From the NCBI GenBank assembly GCA_951406725.2, contig OX597816.1:40858001-40922000 (forward strand): DNA of 64,000 nucleotides, written 5' to 3'. The notes below the pieces were generated by a model. The model saw nothing but the letters and a program-made list of their open reading frames with translations, was not told the DNA's origin and did no database searches. Source of the stretch: Octopus vulgaris. Its lineage: Eukaryota. This document shows, piece after piece, positions 28,380 to 40,116 of the stretch (position 1 is its first letter; every line of letters starts with the position of its first letter). The translations under genes and the position numbers were made by a program.

Positions 28380-29895
28380 GTGTGTGTGTGTCACGAAATA
28401 TGTTTTTTCGTTTGTAGCATTCGTAATTAAGACATATAAACATGTGCAATAATGATTAGTGTTATTTAATAATGATCTGTAACATGCAAAATATTAAGAA
28501 TGATAAAATAATAATAAACACTGATCACTATCTTAATTTCATTCGTTCTTTTTCTCACAAGAATAAAGGATTCAATTGAATATTATCAAAAATGAAGAAA
28601 TAAACGTAAAGAAAATTCTCTTCTGGAGAACATATGAATAGAAGAATATAATAATTTGGAATAAATCAATAATTTCGAAATATAAATATTATTATTATCC
28701 ATTATCTTAATAGAGGAAATACAATCTAGACATAATCTACATAATTTAAAAGTCAATCATTTTTTTTTCTTTTGCTCCTGGTCGCCTTCCAATTTGTCTT
28801 TTCCCGTAGTATTACCTCTATTGTTTTGGTTTCAGTAAATTGCGATTATTTAATCTTAGACTCCGAATATTAGAGATTACTGCTGAAAACAAAGACAAAA
28901 ATTGAATAAAATGTTCATGATAGTAAATTTTCCTTCAATTGTTCCCAATTTATATAATAAATTATGTTTTCGGTTCAGCGAATATGAAAATTACATTTAT
29001 GGTCTCTATTAATAGTTGAAATAGATTTTCTTTCTATTCATACATACTTACATTTTTCTCCTTCTTTTTACCCTATCTTTTATGCTTTCATCAAAACAGT
29101 ACAGTAGCAATTATTCGATAGAACTGCCAGTGTCCTAGCATTTCACCGAAAAGTAAGGTTATAAAACTATTAGTTACTTAATTATTGTAACCCGAGTAAA
29201 TTAATGGTATTGAATTCCTGTTGAATAATTCAGATAATTAATTAATGCATAATCGATATTACCTCGTTAAACGACAGCTTAGCAAAATTGGAGTCATAGG
29301 TTAAGTATGAATTTTTCATGATTGATTTTTCCTCTTCTGATACGTTTTCTATGACCTGAATTCGATGATGAAATAATATATTATTAATGGAAGCTTCTTG
29401 CCAATTTTGGAAAAAAAACCCCACATAAAAGCAACGTTATATCAATTATGTTTATGTATATAGATATATTTTCGATTTTGTCTTTAGTAAATTTTATGCG
29501 ATGTTTTCCTATAATCAATATATGATGTTTCATTATTCAAATGACAGCGCAGTAAATACGAAATGTAGATATAATAAGAAAGAAAAAAAGGGAAAGCGCT
29601 ATGCAAAATATGGGTCAATAAAATATAGTCATACTTAAAGGTTTATTATCTTAGCAGTGAATCGGATACCAGCAATTATATATTTCATACTAACAATTAT
29701 ACTTTTCAGTTCTATATTTAAGAGATGAGAAATTATGTACATTATTTACATTATTTACATTCAACGGATATTTGTCCCCATCTTGTTTATTATTAGTACA
29801 ACGTTTCGGCTGATATACATTCCAGCCTTCTTCATGTGTCTTGGAGAAATTTCGAACCTGGGTTCTCATTCCTAAGATATTTTTCGATGTTGTTG

Positions 29896-29966
<71 letters not shown>

Positions 29967-30725
29967 GAGGTCACTGCTTGGATCCTGACTCGGAATCTTG
30001 AGGTTAGTAGCCTGCGCTCTTAACCACTACGCCATACGCCCGTAGGCTTATAGAACTGTATTATCTAGTCGGTACGGAGCTGACATTAGACTTCAATGGA
30101 GACATAAAGAAACTCCACCAAAAACTACCTCGTCTTTCAAATAATCTAACTTTCTTATGTAGATGTAGATACTCAAATCTCCAAGGAATTCAAAAATTCA
30201 ATGAGATAATTAACTACCTCATCCTGATTGGGAATGGTGTCTACTAACTTATAGACTGTCAGGTCCCCAGGCAACCGCAAAAAGACGCTGTTGTTGATTG
30301 CATTGGCCGCAACGTTTTTAGGAACCTAAATGGCTCTTTGGCAAAGGCAATCTAGATCTCCGTTGTGGACTTCTAGACCTGGAAAGACCTGGTCCTCAAG
30401 ACTCTAGATAGAATTGGCTATTGCGCAAATGTTACTTATGTCAACATCTTCTGGAACTTCGCCATTGCCAAGAAGGCGAATATCTCTCATAAAATCTTCT
30501 GACAATGGGTCTTCATGGAGACGCGCTCTCGTGTTGGATTGTAACTTTAAGACATGACCCCATAGAGCTGAAGATTTAAGACACGCCATTACTTCATCCA
30601 CCCTTGTGCTTTTGAGGAATCACTAGCAAGACACACACATACATATGCACACACACATACATACATACATACATACATACATACATACATACATACATAC
30701 ATACATGCATGCATGCATACATACA

Positions 30726-30810
<85 letters not shown>

Positions 30811-33751
30811 CGGGCTTCTTTCAGCTTCCATCTAGGATTTGGTCGGTTAGTGCTTATGGTAGAAGACAGTTGCCCAAGTTGCCACACAGAGAACTGAACC
30901 CCAAATCATCTGTTTGGGAAGTAAGCTCTTTGTAGCCTTTCATTAACTTGACTAAAATCAATATACGCTTGACTAATGATGGTTTCATTTCCTGCTAATT
31001 CTGGCTTAATATTTCTAATTCACGAAATTACTTCGCCTTAGAAGTTTCGTTTTTCTTTAAAACTTCAAAATAGAAAACTGCCTTTATATACAAACCGTGG
31101 CAGAACAAAACCTTTGGTGGGTATGACCCTGGTTTGAGACTGGATTATCCTTTTTCTCATTGAACGTTAACGATTGTTGATTTCGTTGATTATGGCTATA
31201 GACAGCCGCATTTTCATCACTTGTGAAAGTCCTATGCCAGAAAAGTTCGTATCCTCTTCAAAGACGAGTAAAAGGGTATTCTTTCATGAAACTGAGAAAC
31301 TGTCAGACGATGAGGTACCCACTGGCCAAGATTAGAGAATTTTCTTAGTTGTAACTTGAACGCTTTTGCTAATTCGAATTGAACGCTATTTCTAATTCTC
31401 GAGCAGTTTGCTTTGGATTTTTTCAACTACGGTTTTTAGAAGCTCATTATTGACAGACGTTGGTCTTCAGACCGGTGGGTGTTGAGATCTGTGAGAAAAT
31501 GATTTCCTTGAAAAACCTGCCCAAACAATTGTTGGCATATCTGGACACTTAAATATTTGATTCTATACACAAAATGAATATTTTTTACAGGTTACACTCC
31601 TGGAGATACCTTCTTCAATTCACACAGCATGGATTTGATCAAAGTTCATTTTAAAACTGTACACGATATAAATTTAACCAATACGATATAAAGGAACCTG
31701 TAAAAAATGAAATAATAAGTAAAAAGACTGTACGAATATATGCTTATTTTTCCGTAAGTATCTATGAAGTGCTCCACAAGTGAATCTGTCAAAAGTACGA
31801 TATGGCTTGGTTTCTTAACTTATATGAATATTTAAGCATATCACGACGCATGACCTAGTGGCTAGGATGTTTCACTCATCGCAAGATTGTAGGTTCAATT
31901 CCTAGACAGGATGGAGCGTTGTGTTCTTGAGGAAAACACTTCATCTCACGTCGCTCTGCGATCACTTCGGTACCTGACGCATGGTACACGGTACATCTGT
32001 TTACGCAACGTCGATTTGCTGAAGAGAGTGAGGTAATTTACAGCACATACACTCGGTCAATATAAAGATATCCCTTGGGCACGTCGTTCATACGTCGTTT
32101 TCGAATGGAGTGTCCATCACAGTCCATCTTATATTGATATAGAATTACAAGGTGTTCCATAATGCTGGAACACATTTTAAACGCAACTAACTAGTCCCAG
32201 AAGAATTATATTTATCAAGAGTTATGTATAATACATAATCCTGATCACTATCCCTGTTATTATGAGACCCATTGTATGTTAAATCACTTAGATTTTAATG
32301 TCATTCATTGATATTTAGTTCTTCATTTACTATAAAATGGTAGAGTTTCATAAACCTCATTCGACAATGCCTGTTAAAAATGATATGAAATTAGATTTTC
32401 AGTTGTGATTTATAAGTGCTTATAGTATCTAACAGGAAATTATAGCTAAGAAGAAATGAAAACATGCACACACACACACACACGCACATCCACACATATA
32501 TATACACACAGATACACGCACAAAATATGTTTCTATGTGTTTCTATATGTTTCTATGTGTTTTTGTTTTTGTTTATTTCCAAACGCACTTCTCTATCCGA
32601 CGGCAAAGGTAAGCTTTGGTATAATACTGCACACACTTTTGCTTAGTTTCAAATTGTCTAGGCAGGTCTCAAATAGACTTTCAATAAAGCATGGACATTT
32701 TCTCTATTGAATGTATGATCTATGATTCCAAATATTGCAGATTACAGAATAATCACATACCCGCTGAATAGACAAATAAGTGGTTCATTGTTTGTGTATG
32801 AAGAAGTTACTGGCTTCAATGGTAGAAGGTTGCTGAACACAGAAACACTACGTCAAAACCAGTAATTATTAAGGAAAATCGATATAGTAACGTTCTACCG
32901 CACAGGTCTGCATTATATTAGATATATATCTAAATAAGTTCAGTTAATACAATAGAGTTATGTTCTTAGAATACTGCCTGGAATCCATTCATTATAAGAC
33001 ACGCATTATAAGATTGTTACTGAACATGATTGAATTGAAAAGAAAATATGATGGAAATTCACTATCCAATTATGCTAAACCGAAAATCTATAGTATTAAG
33101 CAATTTTAACTTTAAAAGCACTCCCTAGAAATCAAAGACGTTCTTAAGAGCTGAGAGAGAATTTAATTAAAATTATTGAAACTTAAAACTAGATACATAC
33201 ATATCTTTAATAAATCCATTAGCTATTATCTTTAATGTGCTATTCAGTTTTCTTCTGCAATAGATTAGAGACAACAGAGAAATGTTTCCCCAATCTTTTA
33301 TATATACATTGTTTTGTTTTCGTTTCCATACCAACCTAATTATACAACCAAGAACCTCATTGTAGCGCATCTAATGTTTTATTTCAGAGTTGTCGAAGCA
33401 CTTTCCTTTGTGTATAGATTAATTTCAACTTTCAACTATTAACACTTCCACAATATCGCGTCATAGTGTGTTGTAGATTGCATGGTACACAGGATATAAC
33501 TGGTATTTATTTCTTAGAAACTTGAACAAATATAAGAAACATATTAGTAGTGTTCAGTATTCATTTGTGTGATTGTGTGCATGTGTGTCCGTGTATACGT
33601 AAACACACGCACACACACACATATAAAATTTATATGAACTGTCTTACAGTATGTTTCTTTTGCAACCTGAATTGAAATCTCGGTTGCATAATGAAGTCAC
33701 ATTTGATACAAAGAAAAGCGCCGGTTTCTTCACAATATTGACCAGTTTTTT
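27987..33751 (-). CDS. Candidate multi-exon gene or pseudogene of unknown product; exons 33751-33648, 33254-33201, 32832-32761, 32370-32331, 29355-29263, 29134-29052, 28077-27987
   Basis: Seven AG..GT-bounded segments in compatible phases (0-2, 2-2, 2-2, 2-0, 0-0, 0-2, 2-0), open except one TAA at 29111..29113. Found by eye, with no homology support. Confidence 0.42.
29707..30043 (-). mobile_element. tRNA-headed SINE: tRNA-like head + (AAT)n + hammerhead-bearing 3' module
   Basis: Head GGGCGTATGGCGTAGTGGTTAAGAGCGC.GGCTACTAAC..., then (AAT)n, then ACAC-ATGAAGA-A-GGCTG(10)CAGCC-GAAAC-GTT-GT at about 29795..29840. Confidence 0.72.
30200..30625 (-). pseudogene. Helitron PIF1-type helicase fragment
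   Basis: [23 protein letters not shown]...LLGNG matches the conserved A(C)LKSS.LW...L..NMR...LL.IG.G block. Confidence 0.8.
30809..30933 (-). mobile_element. SINE S2 5' fragment
   Basis: GACGGGCTTCTTTCAG...AGAAGACA.TTGCCCAAG..GCCACACAG..ACTGAACCC matches 60380..60500. Confidence 0.75.
31130..31625 (-). pseudogene. Decayed mariner (DD34D) transposase fragment
   Basis: [10 protein letters not shown] motif, followed by TSDEK (first catalytic D). Confidence 0.78.
31845..32125 (+). mobile_element. Old tRNA-headed SINE (CORE-like)
   Basis: ATGACCTAGTGGCTAGG...GGTTCAATTCC boxes and CTTGAG.AAAACACTTCAT. Confidence 0.7.
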
Positions 33752-35542
33752 CTAGTTCGCATGGTATCACTGAAATTGCATTATGCCATAAAGAAAAAAA
33801 TAAACGCGTCATACAGTTATCCCTATGTAGCACTGTGGTAGTAAAGCCTAAAGAAACTTTGCATTCCCAAAATCTATTGACGTATGTTCTAATGTATACC
33901 ATTGTATACACACAAGCATATGTATTCAGATTAAATAAAAAGACAAAACATATAGTTTCTTCTTTCGCTTTCTTCATTTTGGATTAAATCTCTAAAATAT
34001 ATAGTAAATGGTTTTAGATACGTGCTGTGTAGGAGGAACGCATATAAGGACAAACAAAATGTAAGAAAAACATGGTATAGTGTTAGAGGGAAACTTCAAT
34101 GTGAACAAGATGTCATGTACGCTTAGAGAGCATTAATACTAATATATTTTTTATATAGGCGTCGTCAAGGGGTTTCTAAATAGATAAATGAGCCTTATTT
34201 AAATGTTATTTAGCAAAATATCTAAGGATTGTGATAGCATACTGTGATGATGTATTTGTAGAATAAAATATGGAAAACAATATGGCGAACATATTATTTG
34301 CTCACTACGTTATTGCGCGGGCTCTGGTATGATTATCATTGCTACTCCCTTACAGTAATAGTTGTACGTATTACTTTGTAGCAAAATAGGTTGTATGTTT
34401 CTTATTATTCTGTAATAATTCCTTTCCAACAGAAGGAGAAAAAATTTCTGTAAGCATGAAATAAATATTTGGAATGAGTTATCTAAATAATGGGATATTT
34501 TAGAATCATTTTCATGATATTCTCTTAAAAATATATTACAAATATTTATGGAACATAAAGAAGGAAAATATATATCATAGAACTTAAAAGTTAAAACCCC
34601 TGAGGATACAAGAGAAAGATAACAAATATAAAAACATGTAACGTTAATATGTTAAAATTATCTTTATAATCATGGCGTTTTAGAAATGTCTTTATAAAGA
34701 AGTGACTTATTAAAAATTAGCCTGATTTAAATGTTGCTGTAAGGAAGTAGCCTCAGACATCATAAGTTTAGGTTATGAAGGATTTGAGACAGTTGCAAAA
34801 TATGAACATAATGAAATCTAGATGAGCTAAATTATTCTACATTACTGTAATATGTACTAGTAATGTTTCGTAATAGGCCGTTGCATATTTATGTGAATTT
34901 TGTCCCGTTATCATTTTTTATAATTTTATTAATTAATTTAAATTTGTCAATTTTTAAAGAAAATAAACTATAGAAATGACGTAACTCTGTCCGAGACGGG
35001 TTCTTAAATTCCATTCATATAGTTTTTCCTTTTAGCAATATGAAATGAATATTTCTAAATATTTTCTCAACTGCAAAACGATGAATGTTAAGCTGATTTA
35101 AACACAGGACAGCCAAATAGGGAAAGTATTTTATCTGACGTTCTAGCAATGCTGCGAGTCTTTAAATTGTAGGTTGTAGTCCAAGTCTTTTTGCAGTTAA
35201 GGCGCCTATGCATAACTATGTTGATAGCTTTACATTAAACCATATTGCTATTGAGAGCAACGGTCTCATTAGGCATACCGTAGTGAAAATGCGGTTGAGT
35301 GTTTGATTTTTCCTGTTCCCAAGCAAATGGTTATTTAAATGGTGTTCACAGATAAAGTATTATGTTTGAGGACATGACCTTTTATCCTTAAAAAGTCTAC
35401 AATTAGTTCTAAGAAGATATATGAAGAGGTTGCTACAATGTTTTAATTATACAATATATGAAGTGTAACAGAATTCGATCGCTAGATGTAACAGTATTTT
35501 CATATGTTATAAAGTCCAATTTTCCCAAATTTACCCAGAATG

Positions 35543-35573
<31 letters not shown>

Positions 35574-35647
35574 CTCTTTTACTCTTTTACTTGTTTCAGC
35601 CATCCGGCTGAGGCCATGCTGGGGCACCGCCCTTGTTGCTACCCTCT

Positions 35648-38602
35648 CTAAGTCCAGTTTGCCGTGGCTGGCCACTGATCTAAGAGAGAGTTTGTAGCTG
35701 CTGCCCTTAGGTTACCTTCGTACCTTGCAGTGGGTTCATCTGGGATCCTGGAAAGCAGCTTGTCTAGATGTTTTTTGAAAATGTCCACATCCGCATCATG
35801 TAGATCTCTTAGTTTTCTTGGCAGTTTGTTGAAAAGCTGAGGGCCCCTGAACCCCAGGCTATTACAGTATCTGCTCCTTACCCTGGATGTGGAAGACGGG
35901 ACCTTTGGCACCACACAGTGACGTCCTGTACGGGGATTGGAACAGCTCTCAATTCCAAAATTTGGTGCTAGTCCCTCCAGGATTTTCCATATGTATATCA
36001 CTGCATATCTCTCTCGTCTTCGTTCCAAGGAGTACAAATTGAGTTCCCTAAGCCTCTCCCAATAGTTCTTTTCTTTCATGGTGGAAATCCTCTTGGTGAA
36101 ATGTCTTTGGATTGTCTCAAGCTCTGTGGTTAGTTTGACACTATGCGGTGACCACAGTTGGGAGCAGTAGTCCAGGCGGCTTAGGACAAATGTCCTCCAT
36201 AGTGTCAACATGGTCTCGCAGTCTCTTGTCCGGAATGTCCTCAGGATCCAGCCAGTGAGTCGTCTGCACATTGTCGCCACCTTCGCGATGTGTGAAGAAA
36301 AAGATGCATCGTCACTCATGTCTATCCCCAGGTCCCGTATTGATTTCGATACTGGGATTTCGATCCCTCCTGGACCAGTATAGTTGTGTTGTAATGTATA
36401 TGTGTTTACAGCTTGATATTGTAAGGCTTGAAATTTGCCAGCATTAAATTGCATGTTGTTGTCTTCAGCCCATTTGTATATGGCATCCAGATCTTGTTGT
36501 AAAAGGTCAGCATCAGCTGGGTTTTTGATTGCCTGTGCTACCTTTGTGTCATCAGCATAGCTAGTGAGGGATGTTGTTTGTGCTACCAAGGGCATGTCAG
36601 AGAGCGCCACCAAAAACAGCAAGGGTCCCAAGACTGTGCCCTGTGGCACCCCGCTTGCTATTGGTGTCTTTCCCGAGAGGGCTCCATTGGCTGCAACCAT
36701 CTGGCTTCTGTCCTTCAGGAAGTCATGTATCCACTCACCTACTTTTCCTGTTATGCCGAGTCTGAGTAATTTGTGACATATCACTCCGTGGTCGACTTTG
36801 TCAAAGGCCTTCGCAAAGTCGAGATATACCACATCCACCTGTGAGCGATCCAGTAGTTGTTTCAGTACCCAGTCGTAGTGTTGTAACAGCTGCGTAAGGC
36901 AGCTTCTTCCTGGGCGAAAGCCATGCTGTGTGTCAGTGAGACGGTTAGTTTCTTCGAGGAACGTGATCAGTTTTTTTCTGATGATTCGTTCCATGACCTT
37001 ACTTATGTGTGACGTCAGGGAGACTGGCCTGTAGTTTTTGGCCTCTGCTCTACTCCCTCCTTTGTGGATAGGGCATATGGTGCCTTCTTTAAGCGCCCTG
37101 GGCAGTTTACCGTTAGCCAAGGAACCACTGAAGAGCTTCTTCAGTGGTCCCGCTAGGGCATGCCTGCATGTTTTTAGGAGGACTGCTGGGAATCCATCTG
37201 GTCCAGCAGCTGAGTTTATTCTCATTTCTTCTATGGCAGATATTACATCCCTCTCTGTTATGTCTATGTGGTCGATGGTTGTTGTTTGGTTTTGGAGTGT
37301 TGTGGCATCAAAGAAAACTTCTGGGTTTGTGATTTGCATGTGCCCCAGAGGGGATGTGAACACACTTTTATACTGTTCCTTTAGTATTTCACTTATCCCT
37401 TGGGGGTCCTCAGTTAGAGAGCCCTTTTTATCAAAGAGTGGGCCAATCTTGCAGTGTACCGAGGTGGTTTCTTTCGCAAATTTAAAGAAGGCTTTAGGGT
37501 TTGTTTTAATATTCTCTATGGCCCTGGCTTCTCTCTCTGCCCTCTCCTTCTCATAGGAAAGTTTGAGTGCAGTTTCCGTTTCAAAAAGTTTCAGGTGGAG
37601 TCCCTCATTGTTTCTCTGCCGTGCATTCAGTTGCTTCGAGAGCTTAGCTCTTCGCCTCATAAGTATTTTCCTGTCTCTGGGAATAACGTTCCTATGCCCG
37701 CTGGCTTTTTTCTCCGGGACAAACTTATGGCATATGTTCTGTATTGTTGTCATGAAATGTTGGAAATGTGTGTTGGTGTCTTGTGTGGTGATGAAGTCAC
37801 TCCAGTCATGTTTTCGGATCTCTTCGTTGATCTTCTTCCAGTTTGCCTTATGGAAGTTTAGACTGGATAGGCCTGTGGTATTTTCTAATGGCTGCGTCTC
37901 AACTAACTCTCTCATACCATATATCATTACCTCTACTAAGTTGTGATCTGAGAGAATTGTTGGTGTTACCATTATGTTGTGGATGAGCATCGGGTTGCTT
38001 GTGAAACAGAGGTCCAAGACATTCTCACCTCTTGTTGGCCAAAGCACTGCTTGCTCCATGAAAAACTTGCGTGTGAGAGCCAACAAGGACTCTGTCTGTC
38101 TCTGTTCAAGTGATGTCATTCCAGGGAGGAGATGGCCATCTGGCCATTTGACTTTCGGAAGGTTAAAATCTCCCAGCAGTAGAATGGTGTTACCCTGGTC
38201 CAGTTTGTCCAGGACGTCTTCTATTCTTCTGAGGCTATCTTCAAACACTCCTTCATGACTAGGGGTGTCTGGTGGCCGATATGTGACACATATTACTATT
38301 TTCGGTTGTTTCATGTGTACTATCAGTGTGTCACAGACTGAGTTTGAGTGTGTCAACAGTACTATGGGTGTGACATCTTCACGGACGTACAGGGCAACCC
38401 CACCATGAGTTCTTTCCTTCCTGTCCGACCGAAAAACAGTATACTTCGGTATGTGTATTTCTGCATCTGCTATACTGCTTGACAGGTGCGTTTCAGTCAG
38501 CGCTATGCATATTGCATGGTTGCTTGTGCTCAAGTCCCTAAGGTAAGGAATTTTACCCATATTAGTGGGTTTCACCAGACCTCTGACATTCAGCAGAAGC
38601 AC
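35648..38602 (-). CDS. LINE ORF2: APE endonuclease + reverse transcriptase, 984 aa
   Basis: NVRGL, TETHL, GGVA, YRPP, GDFN, LDL and SDH (endonuclease); NYRPVSL, QHGF, DFAKAFDKV, GVPQGTVLGP and YADD (RT); C-terminal SQLWSP and YSLERRRERY. Confidence 0.97.
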   Translation of the reverse strand: MLLLNVRGLVKPTNMGKIPYLRDLSTSNHAICIALTETHLSSSIADAEIHIPKYTVFRSDRKERTHGGVALYVREDVTPIVLLTHSNSVCDTLIVHMKQPKIVICVTYRPPDTPSHEGVFEDSLRRIEDVLDKLDQGNTILLLGDFNLPKVKWPDGHLLPGMTSLEQRQTESLLALTRKFFMEQAVLWPTRGENVLDLCFTSNPMLIHNIMVTPTILSDHNLVEVMIYGMRELVETQPLENTTGLSSLNFHKANWKKINEEIRKHDWSDFITTQDTNTHFQHFMTTIQNICHKFVPEKKASGHRNVIPRDRKILMRRRAKLSKQLNARQRNNEGLHLKLFETETALKLSYEKERAEREARAIENIKTNPKAFFKFAKETTSVHCKIGPLFDKKGSLTEDPQGISEILKEQYKSVFTSPLGHMQITNPEVFFDATTLQNQTTTIDHIDITERDVISAIEEMRINSAAGPDGFPAVLLKTCRHALAGPLKKLFSGSLANGKLPRALKEGTICPIHKGGSRAEAKNYRPVSLTSHISKVMERIIRKKLITFLEETNRLTDTQHGFRPGRSCLTQLLQHYDWVLKQLLDRSQVDVVYLDFAKAFDKVDHGVICHKLLRLGITGKVGEWIHDFLKDRSQMVAANGALSGKTPIASGVPQGTVLGPLLFLVALSDMPLVAQTTSLTSYADDTKVAQAIKNPADADLLQQDLDAIYKWAEDNNMQFNAGKFQALQYQAVNTYTLQHNYTGPGGIEIPVSKSIRDLGIDMSDDASFSSHIAKVATMCRRLTGWILRTFRTRDCETMLTLWRTFVLSRLDYCSQLWSPHSVKLTTELETIQRHFTKRISTMKEKNYWERLRELNLYSLERRRERYAVIYIWKILEGLAPNFGIESCSNPRTGRHCVVPKVPSSTSRVRSRYCNSLGFRGPQLFNKLPRKLRDLHDADVDIFKKHLDKLLSRIPDEPTARYEGNLRAAATNSLLDQWPATANWT

Positions 38603-39508
38603 TGGTGAGACACTGACGGTGTGGCACCTGGGCCGGCGTCAGCGGTGGCCACCCTGGGTCCCTTGATTGTGGTGGTCTTGAGTGCTGTTGTGAGTGCCCC
38701 TGGCTCTGAAGACGATGTATCCAGGCCAGTTGTCCCACAATTTTCTCTGCCATTTCCACAAAATTTCTTTGTTCTGCTGCCGCCGTCTGCATTTCCTCTG
38801 CAAATGTGCACCTTCTCCTTGTTGGGGCATTACGCACTATGTCTGCATATTTCTGGGGCAGCTTGTATTTGTTCTGGTTTTGGTTAAGGCATTTTGGTCG
38901 AGTGGGTTTGATGCAATTTCCATAGGGCCTGGGATGAGCGAACCTGCATCCTTCCCCTGTTTCTCCATGCCAGCAGGTTCCATTCCGGAAGAATTTGCAT
39001 GTTATCTGGGTTTTCTTGTCCCCAGTTCCTCTCTGTTTTTTCTTCCTCCGTTGGACGGTTGTCCACTGGTTCCTTTCTGCATAGGTCTTTTCATCCGGGT
39101 GGTTATTTTCTGTTTCCCCATTGCCGCCTATCTGTTGTTTGCCCTGCTTGCCTTCTTCGACTGTGGCAGTGGGCGTGTCATTTTTTGACACTCTGTGGTT
39201 GGTGTTTCCTGTTTCCATCTCTCTCTCTTTGTCTTTATCCACCTTGAGGACTTGGCTTAGCAAAGCCATGTGTGGTGCAATGAGAGTGTAGGCCCTTTCG
39301 ACTTCTCTTTTCTTCCTTCTCTACTTGCGCCAACGTCCTCATAAAGCCATGGCTTTTCAGGGTCGCCGCTATGTTTTTAGTTGGTTGCGATCTGTCGGCC
39401 GAGCTCCATCCTCTGATGAAAACTTCCAGCTCTACTTTCGTCCAGTTACGCTGGCTTTTGTTGACGCCAGTGTTTGCATTCACCTCTAATTTTTGCATGT
39501 CTAATTTT

Positions 39509-39513
<5 letters not shown>
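38562..39513 (-). pseudogene. LINE ORF1 with Myb/SANT-like N-terminus and CCCH zinc finger, one frameshift near 39320
   Basis: Track ORF 39235..39513 (WTKVELEVFIRGW..IAATLKSHGFMRTLAQV) continues after a +1 shift as RKKREVERAYTLIAPH into ORF 38562..39269 (CKFFRNGTCWHGETGEGCRFAHP). Confidence 0.72.
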
Positions 39514-39550
<37 letters not shown>

Positions 39551-40116
39551 CTTCACCTTGACCGACCAGTCCGTCGGGCATCCATTTGACACCGCTGGTC
39601 ACAGCACGCTGTACACTCCTCTCTAGATCGCTATATATATATATATATATATATATATTCTCTACGAGATAACATAATGATTTAGTTATAATATTATGCA
39701 GAAATGGCGATATGCATTTAGATAAATAGATTTTAGAGTGTTACATGACGGTCTGGAAATTTATATAGGAATTGCATACACTAAAATTGAAAATAGGGAT
39801 TAGAATACCACCCATCCGATGCGAAACATTCTATATCAAGAGGTGATTATGTATTGTAGAACAGTCGTTTTCCTCGTAGTGAATGAGGTTTACATATGTT
39901 ACTGCTTTTCATTGAAAATTATCGCTGCAAATATCGCACGGGCAATATCAATACTAGAATAATTGCATGAAATTAATTTGAGTGACTCACGATTTAGAAT
40001 ACGCGTAATATATAATGGACATTTCAAGCAGGTTTGGCTGCATTGTCAATTTACATTGTTGGGGGTCTTCGTATTATGATTTTATAACTGAACAAGAACC
40101 AGGAGATATAAATTCC

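Larger units (their letters stand above)
35574..39513 (-). mobile_element. Near full-length CR1-group LINE inserted in a (TA)n tract
   Basis: ORF1 plus intact ORF2, a short 3' UTR ending GAAACAAGTAAAAGAGTAAAAGAG, (TA)n on both sides, and GC content well above the flanks. Confidence 0.95.

Noticed and set aside
29968-30043. tRNA gene
   Set aside because: Degenerate T-arm and acceptor stem with an attached repeat body; treated as a SINE head. The same applies to the other tRNA-like heads.
33630-33977. B-box-like reading [22 protein letters not shown]
   Set aside because: The ligand set is incomplete, and this frame is out of phase with the next candidate exons. It remains an alternative reading only.
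36564-39589. Plus-strand ORFs overlapping the LINE
   Set aside because: Antisense shadows of ORF1/ORF2.
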